Shown piece by piece: positions 7,661-15,623 of a stretch of DNA of 64,000 bases; positions within the stretch are counted from its first letter, which is position 1, and each line of letters begins with the position of its first letter. The notes beneath the pieces were generated by a model that was not told the DNA's origin, ran no database searches, and saw nothing but the letters and a program-made list of their open reading frames with translations. A program made the translations under genes and the position numbers. Source of the stretch: Candidatus Woesebacteria bacterium (GTDB lineage Bacteria; Patescibacteriota; Saccharimonadia; Saccharimonadales; EFPC-124); assembly GCA_050115675.1 (NCBI GenBank), contig JASFQB010000004.1:71601-135600 (forward strand). The letters run 5' to 3'.

Positions 7661-7687
7661 AAGCCTCAAGAATATCTTGGGGCTTTT
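7661..7687 (+). terminator. terminator after the PurA-like gene
   Basis: AAGCCTCAAG-aatat-CTTGGGGCTT (10 bp, one G.T) followed by TTTT. Confidence 0.55.
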
Positions 7688-7696
7688 ACAATAGTC

Positions 7697-7705
7697 TGCT
7701 ATAAT
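7697..7705 (+). promoter_or_regulatory. extended -10 promoter of tRNA-Trp
   Basis: TGCTATAAT lies about 20 nt upstream of the mature tRNA 5' end. Confidence 0.5.
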
Positions 7706-7724
7706 ATTATCCGTTACACGATAT

Positions 7725-7801
7725 AGGGGTGTAGCTCAGTTGGCCAGAGCATCGGTCTCCAAAACCGAGGGCCGGGGGTTCGAGTCCCTCCACCCCTGCC
7801 A
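7725..7801 (+). tRNA. trnW: tRNA-Trp (anticodon CCA), CCA end encoded
   Basis: Manual cloverleaf. Acceptor AGGGGTG/CACCCCT. D arm GCTC-AGTTGGCCA-GAGC. Anticodon arm TCGGT-CTCCAAA-ACCGA. T arm GGGGG-TTCGAGT-CCCTC. Discriminator G followed by CCA. Confidence 0.9.
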
Positions 7802-9370
7802 TATAGGACGTAATTGATTTATGAGCTCGGAATTGCCCTCACTAACAGATGTAGCGAGGGCTTTTTCAAAAGTTCGGTTAGCCATTTTTTGACCTTCCAA
7901 AAATTGAACCGTTTCGGCTGTCTTTTTGGCGATTGCATTTGTGAGTTTTGTGTATGTAACAGATAGAGCATCGCCGTTTGATACTAGTTTTTCGAATAGT
8001 TCGGTTATTATGACGCGTTTTTGTTCTGGAACTTTGCTGGCGTAAATCTCAGCGGCCTTCTGAGACAATTCTAAAACCGTCAGACCGCCTTCAAAGTCTG
8101 ATTGCTGTTGTTCTTCAAGTTTGTTGAGCTGATCAATCAAAGAGGCTTTTTCGGCCATGAGCTGATCGTGCTTAGCTTCATAGCGTTCTTTGGTGATGTC
8201 GCCAGCTAGCTTGTCGTCGTAAAGCGTTTCGTCCATGAGCTCAATGCGGCTCAGTTTACTATTGACGAGCGTTACACTTTGCTCGTAGTACTGGGCGCCG
8301 TTTTGAGACTCTGCGCGAATTGCCTCGCTTGTCCAGGCAATGATTTCCTGTGATGGGCTTACGAGCTTTTGTAGCGTCTCTAAGACAAGTTCCTCGGCAC
8401 GATCTTCGCGCAGGAACTTAAGACCCTTGCAGGCAGCATCCTTGCGCTGGCACGTACCGTAATAGCGCTCTTTGTGACGTTCCCATGTTACGGTTGCGCC
8501 ACAGTTTTGACAGCGAATCATATTCTTCAGCACGGGATTGTGTCGAGCCCGCAGCATTGGTTGCTTGTTGTGTAGCTTCTTTTGTACTGCGTTGAATAGC
8601 TCTTTACTGATAAGCGGTTCCTGCGCTCCGGGATAGTCTTTGCCGTCAAAATGGTTGATACCAATGTAAAATGGGTTGCTGAGCATTTTGTGGACGTAGC
8701 TCTTGCTATGCGGTCGGCCTTTGCGCGTCACTATGCCGTTATCCTTCATGAACTCGGTAATAGTGAGAACTGAATGGTTTGGTTCTAGGTATATGCGGAA
8801 CACTTTGCGCATGATACTTGCGGTGGCCTTGTCGATAATATGAATACGCTTACCACCGCGCGTAACGGTGATATAGCCTGGCGGCGGTGGCGCAGGCAGC
8901 CACCCTTGTGCCAGCTTCTCGGCCCAGCCTTTCATTGCTTCTTCACGCAAGTTATCTGTGTACTTTTTGGCAACCGATAAATGGATGTTCCACATAAACT
9001 TAACGTCAGACTTGGCATTCTTGTGTACGAGTAAGTTTTCCTTCACGGCATGTAGTCGCCGATCCTCGTCTTGCTCAAGCCAGTCGTCGATAGCTACTGC
9101 ATCACGCATGTTGCGTGTAAATCGGTCAGTCTTTTCAACGGCCAAGTGATAGATGTCATTCTTGGAGATGTAGTGCAGCATTTCTGTGAAGACCTTACGA
9201 CTTTGCTGCTTGGACGCCGTCTCGGCAATCTTGAATACTTTGACGACCTTAAAGCCTTTTGCTTGGCAGTATCCAGTAAGTAACTTCACCTGTGAGTCAA
9301 GCGAATAGCCCTCATCCTCTTGCGCCTTGCTTGATACACGCGCAAGTATTACTGCGTTAGTTTGCCCCAT
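7736..9370 (-). CDS. large serine recombinase (integrase)
   Basis: N-terminal resolvase domain with AVILARVSSKAQ (catalytic Ser). Also a recombinase domain, a zinc ribbon CQNCGATV...C...C and a long coiled-coil. The last ~22 codons are antisense to tRNA-Trp (..WQGWRDSNPRPSVLETDALAN). Confidence 0.9.
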   Translation of the reverse strand: MGQTNAVILARVSSKAQEDEGYSLDSQVKLLTGYCQAKGFKVVKVFKIAETASKQQSRKVFTEMLHYISKNDIYHLAVEKTDRFTRNMRDAVAIDDWLEQDEDRRLHAVKENLLVHKNAKSDVKFMWNIHLSVAKKYTDNLREEAMKGWAEKLAQGWLPAPPPPGYITVTRGGKRIHIIDKATASIMRKVFRIYLEPNHSVLTITEFMKDNGIVTRKGRPHSKSYVHKMLSNPFYIGINHFDGKDYPGAQEPLISKELFNAVQKKLHNKQPMLRARHNPVLKNMIRCQNCGATVTWERHKERYYGTCQRKDAACKGLKFLREDRAEELVLETLQKLVSPSQEIIAWTSEAIRAESQNGAQYYEQSVTLVNSKLSRIELMDETLYDDKLAGDITKERYEAKHDQLMAEKASLIDQLNKLEEQQQSDFEGGLTVLELSQKAAEIYASKVPEQKRVIITELFEKLVSNGDALSVTYTKLTNAIAKKTAETVQFLEGQKMANRTFEKALATSVSEGNSELINQLRPIWQGWRDSNPRPSVLETDALAN

Positions 9371-9422
9371 ACCCTCTCCTTGTTATTATTTTATCAGCTA
9401 TGAGTGCGCGTAGGGCGTGCAA

Positions 9423-9587
9423 CTAGGCTTCTTCGGCAAGAGCCTTAAAGAACCGCACTAATGATCGCCCGATCTCTAGCGCTTCGTCATAAGTGACAGG
9501 TTTGCACTGTTCTTTTTCAAGGATAAGCCGCAAGGCCTCTATCCTCTCTGGTTCTAGCGCAATGATGTCACCCTCATGACTACTCAT
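9423..9587 (-). CDS. small acidic protein (54 aa) upstream of the integrase; possible directionality or accessory factor
   Basis: Below the track cutoff. My translation: MSSHEGDIIALEPERIEALRLILEKEQCKPVTYDEALEIGRSLVRFFKALAEEA. Same strand as the integrase, divergent from the XRE gene. RBS is weak. Confidence 0.35.
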   Translation of the reverse strand: MSSHEGDIIALEPERIEALRLILEKEQCKPVTYDEALEIGRSLVRFFKALAEEA

Positions 9588-9653
9588 AGTCCCATTTTAA
9601 CAAGTACTGAATGAAAAAGCTACTGTGAGTAGTCATTTTCTTATCCACAGGTG

Positions 9654-9662
9654 TGCTATAAT
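9654..9662 (+). promoter_or_regulatory. extended -10 promoter giving a leaderless XRE transcript
   Basis: TGCTATAAT ends 7 nt before the ATG at 9670. The palindrome CTACTgtgAGTAG (~9621-9633) lies upstream. Confidence 0.55.
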
Positions 9663-9669
9663 CTAGACA

Positions 9670-9891
9670 ATGAATATCGAATATCAGCAAGTCTTTGGCA
9701 AACGTGTGCGCGAGCTTCGTAAGGAGCGCGGACTAAGCCAGGTTGAGCTTGCTTCTAAGGTTGGCATTGACCGCAGCTACATGGGTTTCCTGGAGCGCGG
9801 CGAGCGCAACCCTAGTCTTGAGATGATTGCAAAGATCGCTGAAGCTCTGAGCGTGACGCCCGACGAGCTGCTAAAGAAGTCAGCTAAATAG
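9670..9891 (+). CDS. XRE-family helix-turn-helix regulator
   Basis: FGKRVRELRKERGLSQVELASKVGIDRSYMGFLERGERNPSLEMIAKIAEAL is a classic HTH_3 pattern. Confidence 0.85.
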   Translation: MNIEYQQVFGKRVRELRKERGLSQVELASKVGIDRSYMGFLERGERNPSLEMIAKIAEALSVTPDELLKKSAK

Positions 9892-9922
9892 CGCTTTATA
9901 GTTCTTTTTGAGACTAAGGCAA

Positions 9923-9955
9923 ACTGTCACCAAGCACGGTGACAGTATTTCTATT
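9923..9955 (+). terminator. terminator after XRE gene
   Basis: ACTGTCACC-aagcac-GGTGACAGT (9 bp) followed by ATTTCTATT. Confidence 0.55.
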
Positions 9956-10066
9956 GTCGTAAGGTGTTATACTCAAAATAGCGTATCCCTTACCTATGAA
10001 ATAAATTGGAGTAGGAGGGGTAGGCAAACTATTCTATCTCATCGCCAAACTACAGACTCAAACACT

Positions 10067-10843
10067 ATGACCACTCTTCCCTCAATAACCACCAAACAAC
10101 AAGAAATACTAAAACTAATTTATAGATATAGATTCCTCAACAGAACTCAAATACAAACATTACTAAAACACAAAGATAAAAGACGGATAATAAGCTGGCT
10201 CAAAGACTTACGAGAGAAGCAGTATGTAGATTGGCGATATGATGCAACCAACTTCATCGCTAAAAGCCAGCCAGCAATATACTACCTATCTATAAATGGT
10301 ATTCGGTATTTGCGCGAGACTGGTGAGTATTCGAGTGAAGAGCTGCGGAAGCGGTATAAGGAGCCCGGCCGGACGCAAGTTTTTATTGATAGGTGTCTGC
10401 TGATCGCGGATTGTTGCATAGTCCTACAGACTAAAAGCACAGACGAACTGGACTACTCATACGTGTTGCCTGCCGACTATGCCGATCCCGACAGTCCACA
10501 ACACTTCTTGAATGAGCTAAAGCCCCACCTATTCTTTGCAAAACGGCATAACGGTGAAGCCGTCAATTATGCGTTGGAGAACTTTGAGCTTACCTTGCCG
10601 CGCTATCAGCTGCGCCAACGAATAAAGGACTACGTAGAATATATTGATATTTGGGATGAAGAGAACGGGTCTGCGCCCATAGCCTTATTTATTTGCGCTA
10701 CTACAGCCGACCTGCTCTACGTTAAGCGTCGCGCTAAAAAGCAGATCGAAGAAAGTGGCAACGACGATATAGTAATTCGTGCTGCAACCTTTGAGAAAGT
10801 TAAAGCTACTGGCGTTGCTAGCGCAATCTGGGAGGATACATAG
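10067..10843 (+). CDS. replication-relaxation (Replic_Relax-like) family protein
   Basis: Start chosen at MTTLPSITTKQQEILKLIYRYRFLNRTQIQTLL. This wHTH-like N-terminus is typical of the plasmid replication-relaxation family as I recall it. The track start at 9908 overlaps the terminator. Confidence 0.55.
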   Translation: MTTLPSITTKQQEILKLIYRYRFLNRTQIQTLLKHKDKRRIISWLKDLREKQYVDWRYDATNFIAKSQPAIYYLSINGIRYLRETGEYSSEELRKRYKEPGRTQVFIDRCLLIADCCIVLQTKSTDELDYSYVLPADYADPDSPQHFLNELKPHLFFAKRHNGEAVNYALENFELTLPRYQLRQRIKDYVEYIDIWDEENGSAPIALFICATTADLLYVKRRAKKQIEESGNDDIVIRAATFEKVKATGVASAIWEDT

Positions 10844-10883
10844 CCTCCTGGGCAGTTTCTCGTCCTACCCAGGACGCTGATGA

Positions 10884-11141
10884 CTACTCGGCTGTCACGA
10901 TCTCCACCCAGTCAACTCGGCCAAGCGCCGCGTTTACAAAGTCGGCAATCAGACCAACCGGCTCAAACTCATACAGCTCTTGCACGAGCTCTTCGAGCTG
11001 TTCTGCTTTACTATGCACACTGCCGTCCTCGGCTTTTAGCGCCACCAGCGCGTTGTAGCTTGCTTGCTCATTGTTGAGCCAAAGCGCCACTAACCACGTC
11101 TCGTAATTGCTCCAACCGTTGTATCCTGTCGTTTCACTCAT
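10884..11141 (-). CDS. small acidic protein (85 aa) of a type seen on plasmids and phages
   Basis: N-terminal NGWSNYETWLVALWLNN motif. GAGGAG RBS. Lies downstream of the DUF3768 gene on the same strand. Confidence 0.5.
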   Translation of the reverse strand: MSETTGYNGWSNYETWLVALWLNNEQASYNALVALKAEDGSVHSKAEQLEELVQELYEFEPVGLIADFVNAALGRVDWVEIVTAE

Positions 11142-11167
11142 CGTCTAACTCCTCAAAAAAACTTAGT

Positions 11168-11203
11168 TAAAACAAAACCCGGAAGCCGAACCGACTTCCG
11201 GGT
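11168..11203 (-). terminator. terminator between the DUF3768 gene and the 85-aa gene
   Basis: ACCCGGAAG/CTTCCGGGT stem followed on the minus strand by TTTTGTTTT. Confidence 0.6.
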
Positions 11204-11225
11204 TATACTGAAAAACACCAGTGGA

Positions 11226-11540
11226 CTAATATTCACTGGCGAGCATAACGGTCAGGACTCGCCGACACTTCAACGAAAGCGGGTCCTCTCCGTACTCAAG
11301 TGTCTGATTGTAGTACGATATTTTCCAGAATACCTTTTCGCCAAACCAATGCACGACACCAAAGTCATGTTCACCATACGGATCATTTTCCTCGGTAAAC
11401 TGGTTGAACCGACGAATCTCATCGATCAACCCGCCAAGATCCTCTAATACTTGCACGCCTGGCGTTACCGTAACCCCAAACCCACTACGACGGAACACGT
11501 CATTTTTCATCGCAATCTGAATCGTTTCTTCTGTCTGCAT
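11226..11540 (-). CDS. DUF3768-family protein
   Basis: ENDPYGEHDFG...FWKISYYN...RVLTVMLASEY matches the family signature as I remember it. AAAGGAGG RBS. Confidence 0.75.
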   Translation of the reverse strand: MQTEETIQIAMKNDVFRRSGFGVTVTPGVQVLEDLGGLIDEIRRFNQFTEENDPYGEHDFGVVHWFGEKVFWKISYYNQTLEYGEDPLSLKCRRVLTVMLASEY

Positions 11541-11580
11541 AGCAAACCTCCTTTTAATTCTTATTCCTGAACGGAATCGA

Positions 11581-11699
11581 CCTTCCCGCTCACGGCCGGG
11601 GCAAGGGGTAAATTGGTCGAGTCAAGGTGGAGCGCCTCACCGGACGAACGACCTTGGGTCGGGCGATTTACCCCTTATCATGGAGAGGCAGTGGGAAGG
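11581..11699 (+). other. 119-nt GC-rich imperfect long hairpin (candidate ssDNA promoter, oriT-associated structure or structured RNA)
   Basis: CCTTCCCGCT pairs with AGTGGGAAGG. AAGGGGTAAAT pairs with ATTTACCCCTT. TGGTCGAGTCAAGGT pairs with ACCTTGGGTCGGGCG using three T.G pairs that work only on the plus strand. The right arm carries TTGGGT-16 nt-TATCAT. Confidence 0.6.
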
Positions 11700-11776
11700 C
11701 TAAGCCTTAGCTGTGCCACCAATCTTTGGCTATGAGGTACTGTGGTAATTGGCGAGAATAGTTATAAAATATACAT

Positions 11777-14242
11777 GTGAGGAAAGATAACGAATCCTTT
11801 TTGACTTTTACTCGGAATCGGCCAACTCGTATAGCGTTCGTTGTCGATATCAAGGAAGAAAACGCCTACAGAACGATAGTAGACCTTATTTGTGACGCCT
11901 CAAAAAAGTGGGGTGGTCGTTATTACCAAATTATCCCAGCCGCCAAGGGCACCGTTTCAAAGGTATGGATTGAATACTTAGCGGCATATGACCCCGACCT
12001 AATCTATACCTATTACTCTCTAGCGCCAAAGACGGTGCAACAAATATCGGAAGTCAGCAGCCCCCTCGCGTTCATGAATGCTCAATTCAAAGGCGTGCCG
12101 AATCATCCCTTCGACCCCGTGGATATTTTTCCAGATAATCGCAACACTGCCATGCTATGGCGAAACCCGGTTCAAACTCCCGAAATATTATCGTTTGACC
12201 TCGGTGGGTTTTCGCCCACCGCACCACAATATATTACTGATTTCGTCATGCTGAACTTCGGCACCATCCAGAACGACCTCGCCAATATTAACGCCATAAA
12301 ACAATCGCAAGTAATACTTACAAAGCCGCCAGCTCAGACGGAAGAACAGTTTTTGGAGGCGATGAAGAAGCTCGACGAATGGAATAGGCGGATTTATCCC
12401 ATAGAGTATTCGATGATCCCAGGGCTGACTTATGAATCAGATAGGGATTTAACAAAGGAAACAACGACTGTATATATTGGTGACGAGCCCCTAGACCTGA
12501 TCTATTATTGGAATGACGCGCTGCTGCGCCCTGACTGGCTTACGCACCAGAAAAACCAGGCCATTTTGCCTACAAAGTTCATTGAGGACGAGAAGCTAAG
12601 GCTCGCGGTACGAGGCTGGCTGACCAAGTTCATCAGACAGGAGAACGGTAACTCAAGTCTTCAACGAGTAGAAATTGTTTCGGCTTCCGTAAGCCTTACT
12701 AAGCTGCAAGCATACGCCAAACAGCTACTTGATGGCACTTATATCTTCCATCAGGAATCAAAAGTGACCGTGCCGATCATCCCCAAATACTCCACGCACA
12801 TAGCTACTACGCCCGACATGACATCATTTAGCGTTTCGGGAGATTCATTCACGGTTAATGTTCCCTCGATTGATGTCGTACAGGGAGTAATGGGCGGCCA
12901 AAAGTGGATGACCGACGTGTTAATCGAGCGAAAAGACCACAATGAGCATCGCCAGCCACTAAAAGATTTTTGGCTTCAGTTGCCGCTCAACAATAGCCTG
13001 ACCCTGTTATTAACAAACCGTACGCGCGCCGCACGAATAAATCGTTTGGGATTTTTGTCGGTGCCGCTTTCGCGAGATGTAGATGACCTGCGGCTAACCG
13101 TAAATATTCCAGATGGTGCAAGGATAGCCGAATCAATACTCCGTGCGGACAAAAACAGCATTTTCTATAATGGCGACTTACGACAAGGAAAAGAAGACTA
13201 TCCGTTTTCAGGCGCTAAAAGTTCGACAGCCGGAAAGGCGCTTCGTGGAGCAATACATCTATTCAGAGAGCTTCCCGAAGCGGCAAACTTCTTTCAAAGT
13301 GATTATTGGCGTGACATTTTTATGATTATGGCTGGACAAGATCCATTAGGCAGTCCAAAGACGAAGCAAGCCCTAGAGAACGCTATAAAGAAGAATTTTA
13401 GCAAGGTAAAGCAAACGATCGAGAATGACGTAAGGAAAGGGTTGGCGACTACAAAGCAGCCCGTATCTCAAAAAGTGGTAGATTTTTGGTCTAATAAAAT
13501 TGGATACTTAGCCTCCGATCTTCGAGCAAGAACCGACGTACAGGAGATAGGGTTTTTTGATGATGTTCTTAAAAATAAAGTAGCGGAAGCCAATAAAAAC
13601 GGTGATAAGGAACGATTCGCCGAGTTAAGAGAACGTATGCTTGGCACCCTTGACTGGCTTATCGCAAATGGCATTTTCAGTATCGGCACCCTTAACCACT
13701 GTCGGAGATGTGGATTAAAAGAGTGGCATTCTGTCGATGACCTAAAAACCGACAATGCTTGTCGCGGGTGCGGCAATTCCTTTACTGTTGCCCCTGAACA
13801 GCAGTGGTGGTATAAGCTCAATAGCCTGATATCGAGCGAGGGCGGCATTTACAATCAGGTTCCACTCATCTTAGCTCTCGGTGAGCTTTATGAAGGTTCA
13901 ACATCCTCCTTCATGTACTTCCCGCCGGTCGATGTCTACACTGGCAAAGGTTATAGATTACTAACCGATTTAGATATTTTTGCGATTGTGGATGGCAAGC
14001 TCGTAGTCGGTGAGGTTAAAAACAGCGCAGCGCTATTTGACGATGAAGAAATCGATAAGCTGTTAAAGGCGGCCGCTCGGCTCAAACCTTGCCGTGTCGT
14101 GCTTTTTGCGCCAGACAAACCTAATCAGGCCCTTTTAGACAAAGTCAGATTGTTGAATCAACAGTATTCGGCAAAAGGAATTACAGTTGAATGGCTGAAC
14201 ATGACTCATCTCTGGGGCATGGGTAGTCTTTGGAACATATAA
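11777..14242 (+). CDS. large hypothetical protein (821 aa) with C-terminal zinc ribbon and PD-(D/E)xK-like nuclease motif
   Basis: CRRCGLKEWHSVDDLKTDNACRGCGNSF is followed by LTDLDIFAIVDGKLVVGEVK (D...ExK). The N-terminal ~650 aa are unrecognised. Start codon is uncertain (GTG at 11777, directly after TATAAAAT). Confidence 0.6.
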   Translation: MRKDNESFLTFTRNRPTRIAFVVDIKEENAYRTIVDLICDASKKWGGRYYQIIPAAKGTVSKVWIEYLAAYDPDLIYTYYSLAPKTVQQISEVSSPLAFMNAQFKGVPNHPFDPVDIFPDNRNTAMLWRNPVQTPEILSFDLGGFSPTAPQYITDFVMLNFGTIQNDLANINAIKQSQVILTKPPAQTEEQFLEAMKKLDEWNRRIYPIEYSMIPGLTYESDRDLTKETTTVYIGDEPLDLIYYWNDALLRPDWLTHQKNQAILPTKFIEDEKLRLAVRGWLTKFIRQENGNSSLQRVEIVSASVSLTKLQAYAKQLLDGTYIFHQESKVTVPIIPKYSTHIATTPDMTSFSVSGDSFTVNVPSIDVVQGVMGGQKWMTDVLIERKDHNEHRQPLKDFWLQLPLNNSLTLLLTNRTRAARINRLGFLSVPLSRDVDDLRLTVNIPDGARIAESILRADKNSIFYNGDLRQGKEDYPFSGAKSSTAGKALRGAIHLFRELPEAANFFQSDYWRDIFMIMAGQDPLGSPKTKQALENAIKKNFSKVKQTIENDVRKGLATTKQPVSQKVVDFWSNKIGYLASDLRARTDVQEIGFFDDVLKNKVAEANKNGDKERFAELRERMLGTLDWLIANGIFSIGTLNHCRRCGLKEWHSVDDLKTDNACRGCGNSFTVAPEQQWWYKLNSLISSEGGIYNQVPLILALGELYEGSTSSFMYFPPVDVYTGKGYRLLTDLDIFAIVDGKLVVGEVKNSAALFDDEEIDKLLKAAARLKPCRVVLFAPDKPNQALLDKVRLLNQQYSAKGITVEWLNMTHLWGMGSLWNI

Positions 14243-14253
14243 GAGCCTAGTGG

Positions 14254-15597
14254 CTATAATTTTGGCTGAATAATTTGCTCAGGCGGTTTATCGTCATGAT
14301 TCCACTCGACCGAAGCTGAACCGTTAATCGACTTCTCCCATCCTTCTGAGCTTTTGGAAGGATAGCCTTGCGGTCGATTTATGCCATCGTAGAGCCATAC
14401 GTCAGCGACATGCGACGTGCCTCCGACGCCGAAGTAGTAGCCATTTGGCATTTGTCGCCAAGCAAACCACGCAAGTTTATCACCCCGTACCCTCATATGC
14501 ACCCCATGATCATCATTGGATAGCCCCGATAGTGCCGCTTCAATCGGAAAATCTGGATTGTAGTGATGGTGAATGTTCTTAAACTGAGCCGTCTGCATGT
14601 AGAGTAAGCTTCTTAGGCTAGTTTTTGATTCGTGATATTCTCGACGATCGATTTGCAAACCCCCGTTATCCACGCCCCGTACGCCCGTCATCTTACGCAT
14701 ATGCTTTTGGTAGTCGCGCATTTTTCGGTTCTGTATGTTAACGGCCTTCTTGAACTCTTGAAGGCAAATTGACGCTTCGCGATAGTTGCTTGTTTGGGCA
14801 AGCTGTTGTCGCCAAAGACCTATAAAATTGCCGAACAGCCCGAGACGAACATTTAAATGTACGATGATCGCAAGCCATACATGCCGCGGCATTTGCCTTT
14901 TATCATTGAAGCTGGGCAGTGAATACGCAAGAGATTCATAACGCATTACTATGGCGAAAATGTAGACTGTCGGCAGTAACGCCAGTGGTAACAGTATCGA
15001 GAGGAGTAATTCTTCGGTGGATTGGTGGACTTCCTTCTCGGACCAATTTGAGATTATCGTGGCAGTTGTGCGCCATACAAGCCATATGCCTAGTATTGCG
15101 AGTACCCCGTCAACTAATCGCTTCGCCGGTTTTTGCTCTGGCTCCCTTGCTGCAACGCTCAAGATTGAGAGAAGCGAAATAATAGGCAGCAATATTAACT
15201 CACCAACAAGCGAGAATGGTTCAAGGCCGATATAGATAACAAGCAGTGCCGAGACGCCAACCGCATCGCGAAGAGTCTTCTTTATTAGGCTGTCGGCGTC
15301 TTTGGCGGTACTCGCATTCATAAACATAGGCACGCCGACAAAAAGGATGATGACGACAGTGTCGATGAATAAGCTGTCGTGCCATAATTTGAGATGGTCC
15401 GCTAGCGTAACTACACCTATTGAGTAAGCAAAATACACAGTGAACGGTACGATAATCTGCCATTTTGCCATCGATCTTAGAACATCAAGCAACGCTGGCC
15501 ACGCTACACGACGTACTTTAGGCCACACTGCTAGGCCAATAACTATAATCACCGACCATATCAGCGTAGCGATTTGACGATTATCTAACTCAAACAT
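14254..15597 (-). CDS. polytopic membrane protein (447 aa) with soluble C-terminal domain
   Basis: Multiple hydrophobic segments in the first ~260 aa. Begins 26 nt downstream of the ATPase gene on the same strand, so probably co-transcribed. Confidence 0.6.
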   Translation of the reverse strand: MFELDNRQIATLIWSVIIVIGLAVWPKVRRVAWPALLDVLRSMAKWQIIVPFTVYFAYSIGVVTLADHLKLWHDSLFIDTVVIILFVGVPMFMNASTAKDADSLIKKTLRDAVGVSALLVIYIGLEPFSLVGELILLPIISLLSILSVAAREPEQKPAKRLVDGVLAILGIWLVWRTTATIISNWSEKEVHQSTEELLLSILLPLALLPTVYIFAIVMRYESLAYSLPSFNDKRQMPRHVWLAIIVHLNVRLGLFGNFIGLWRQQLAQTSNYREASICLQEFKKAVNIQNRKMRDYQKHMRKMTGVRGVDNGGLQIDRREYHESKTSLRSLLYMQTAQFKNIHHHYNPDFPIEAALSGLSNDDHGVHMRVRGDKLAWFAWRQMPNGYYFGVGGTSHVADVWLYDGINRPQGYPSKSSEGWEKSINGSASVEWNHDDKPPEQIIQPKL

Positions 15598-15623
15598 TCC
15601 GCTTACCTTGTCCTGTTACCCAG

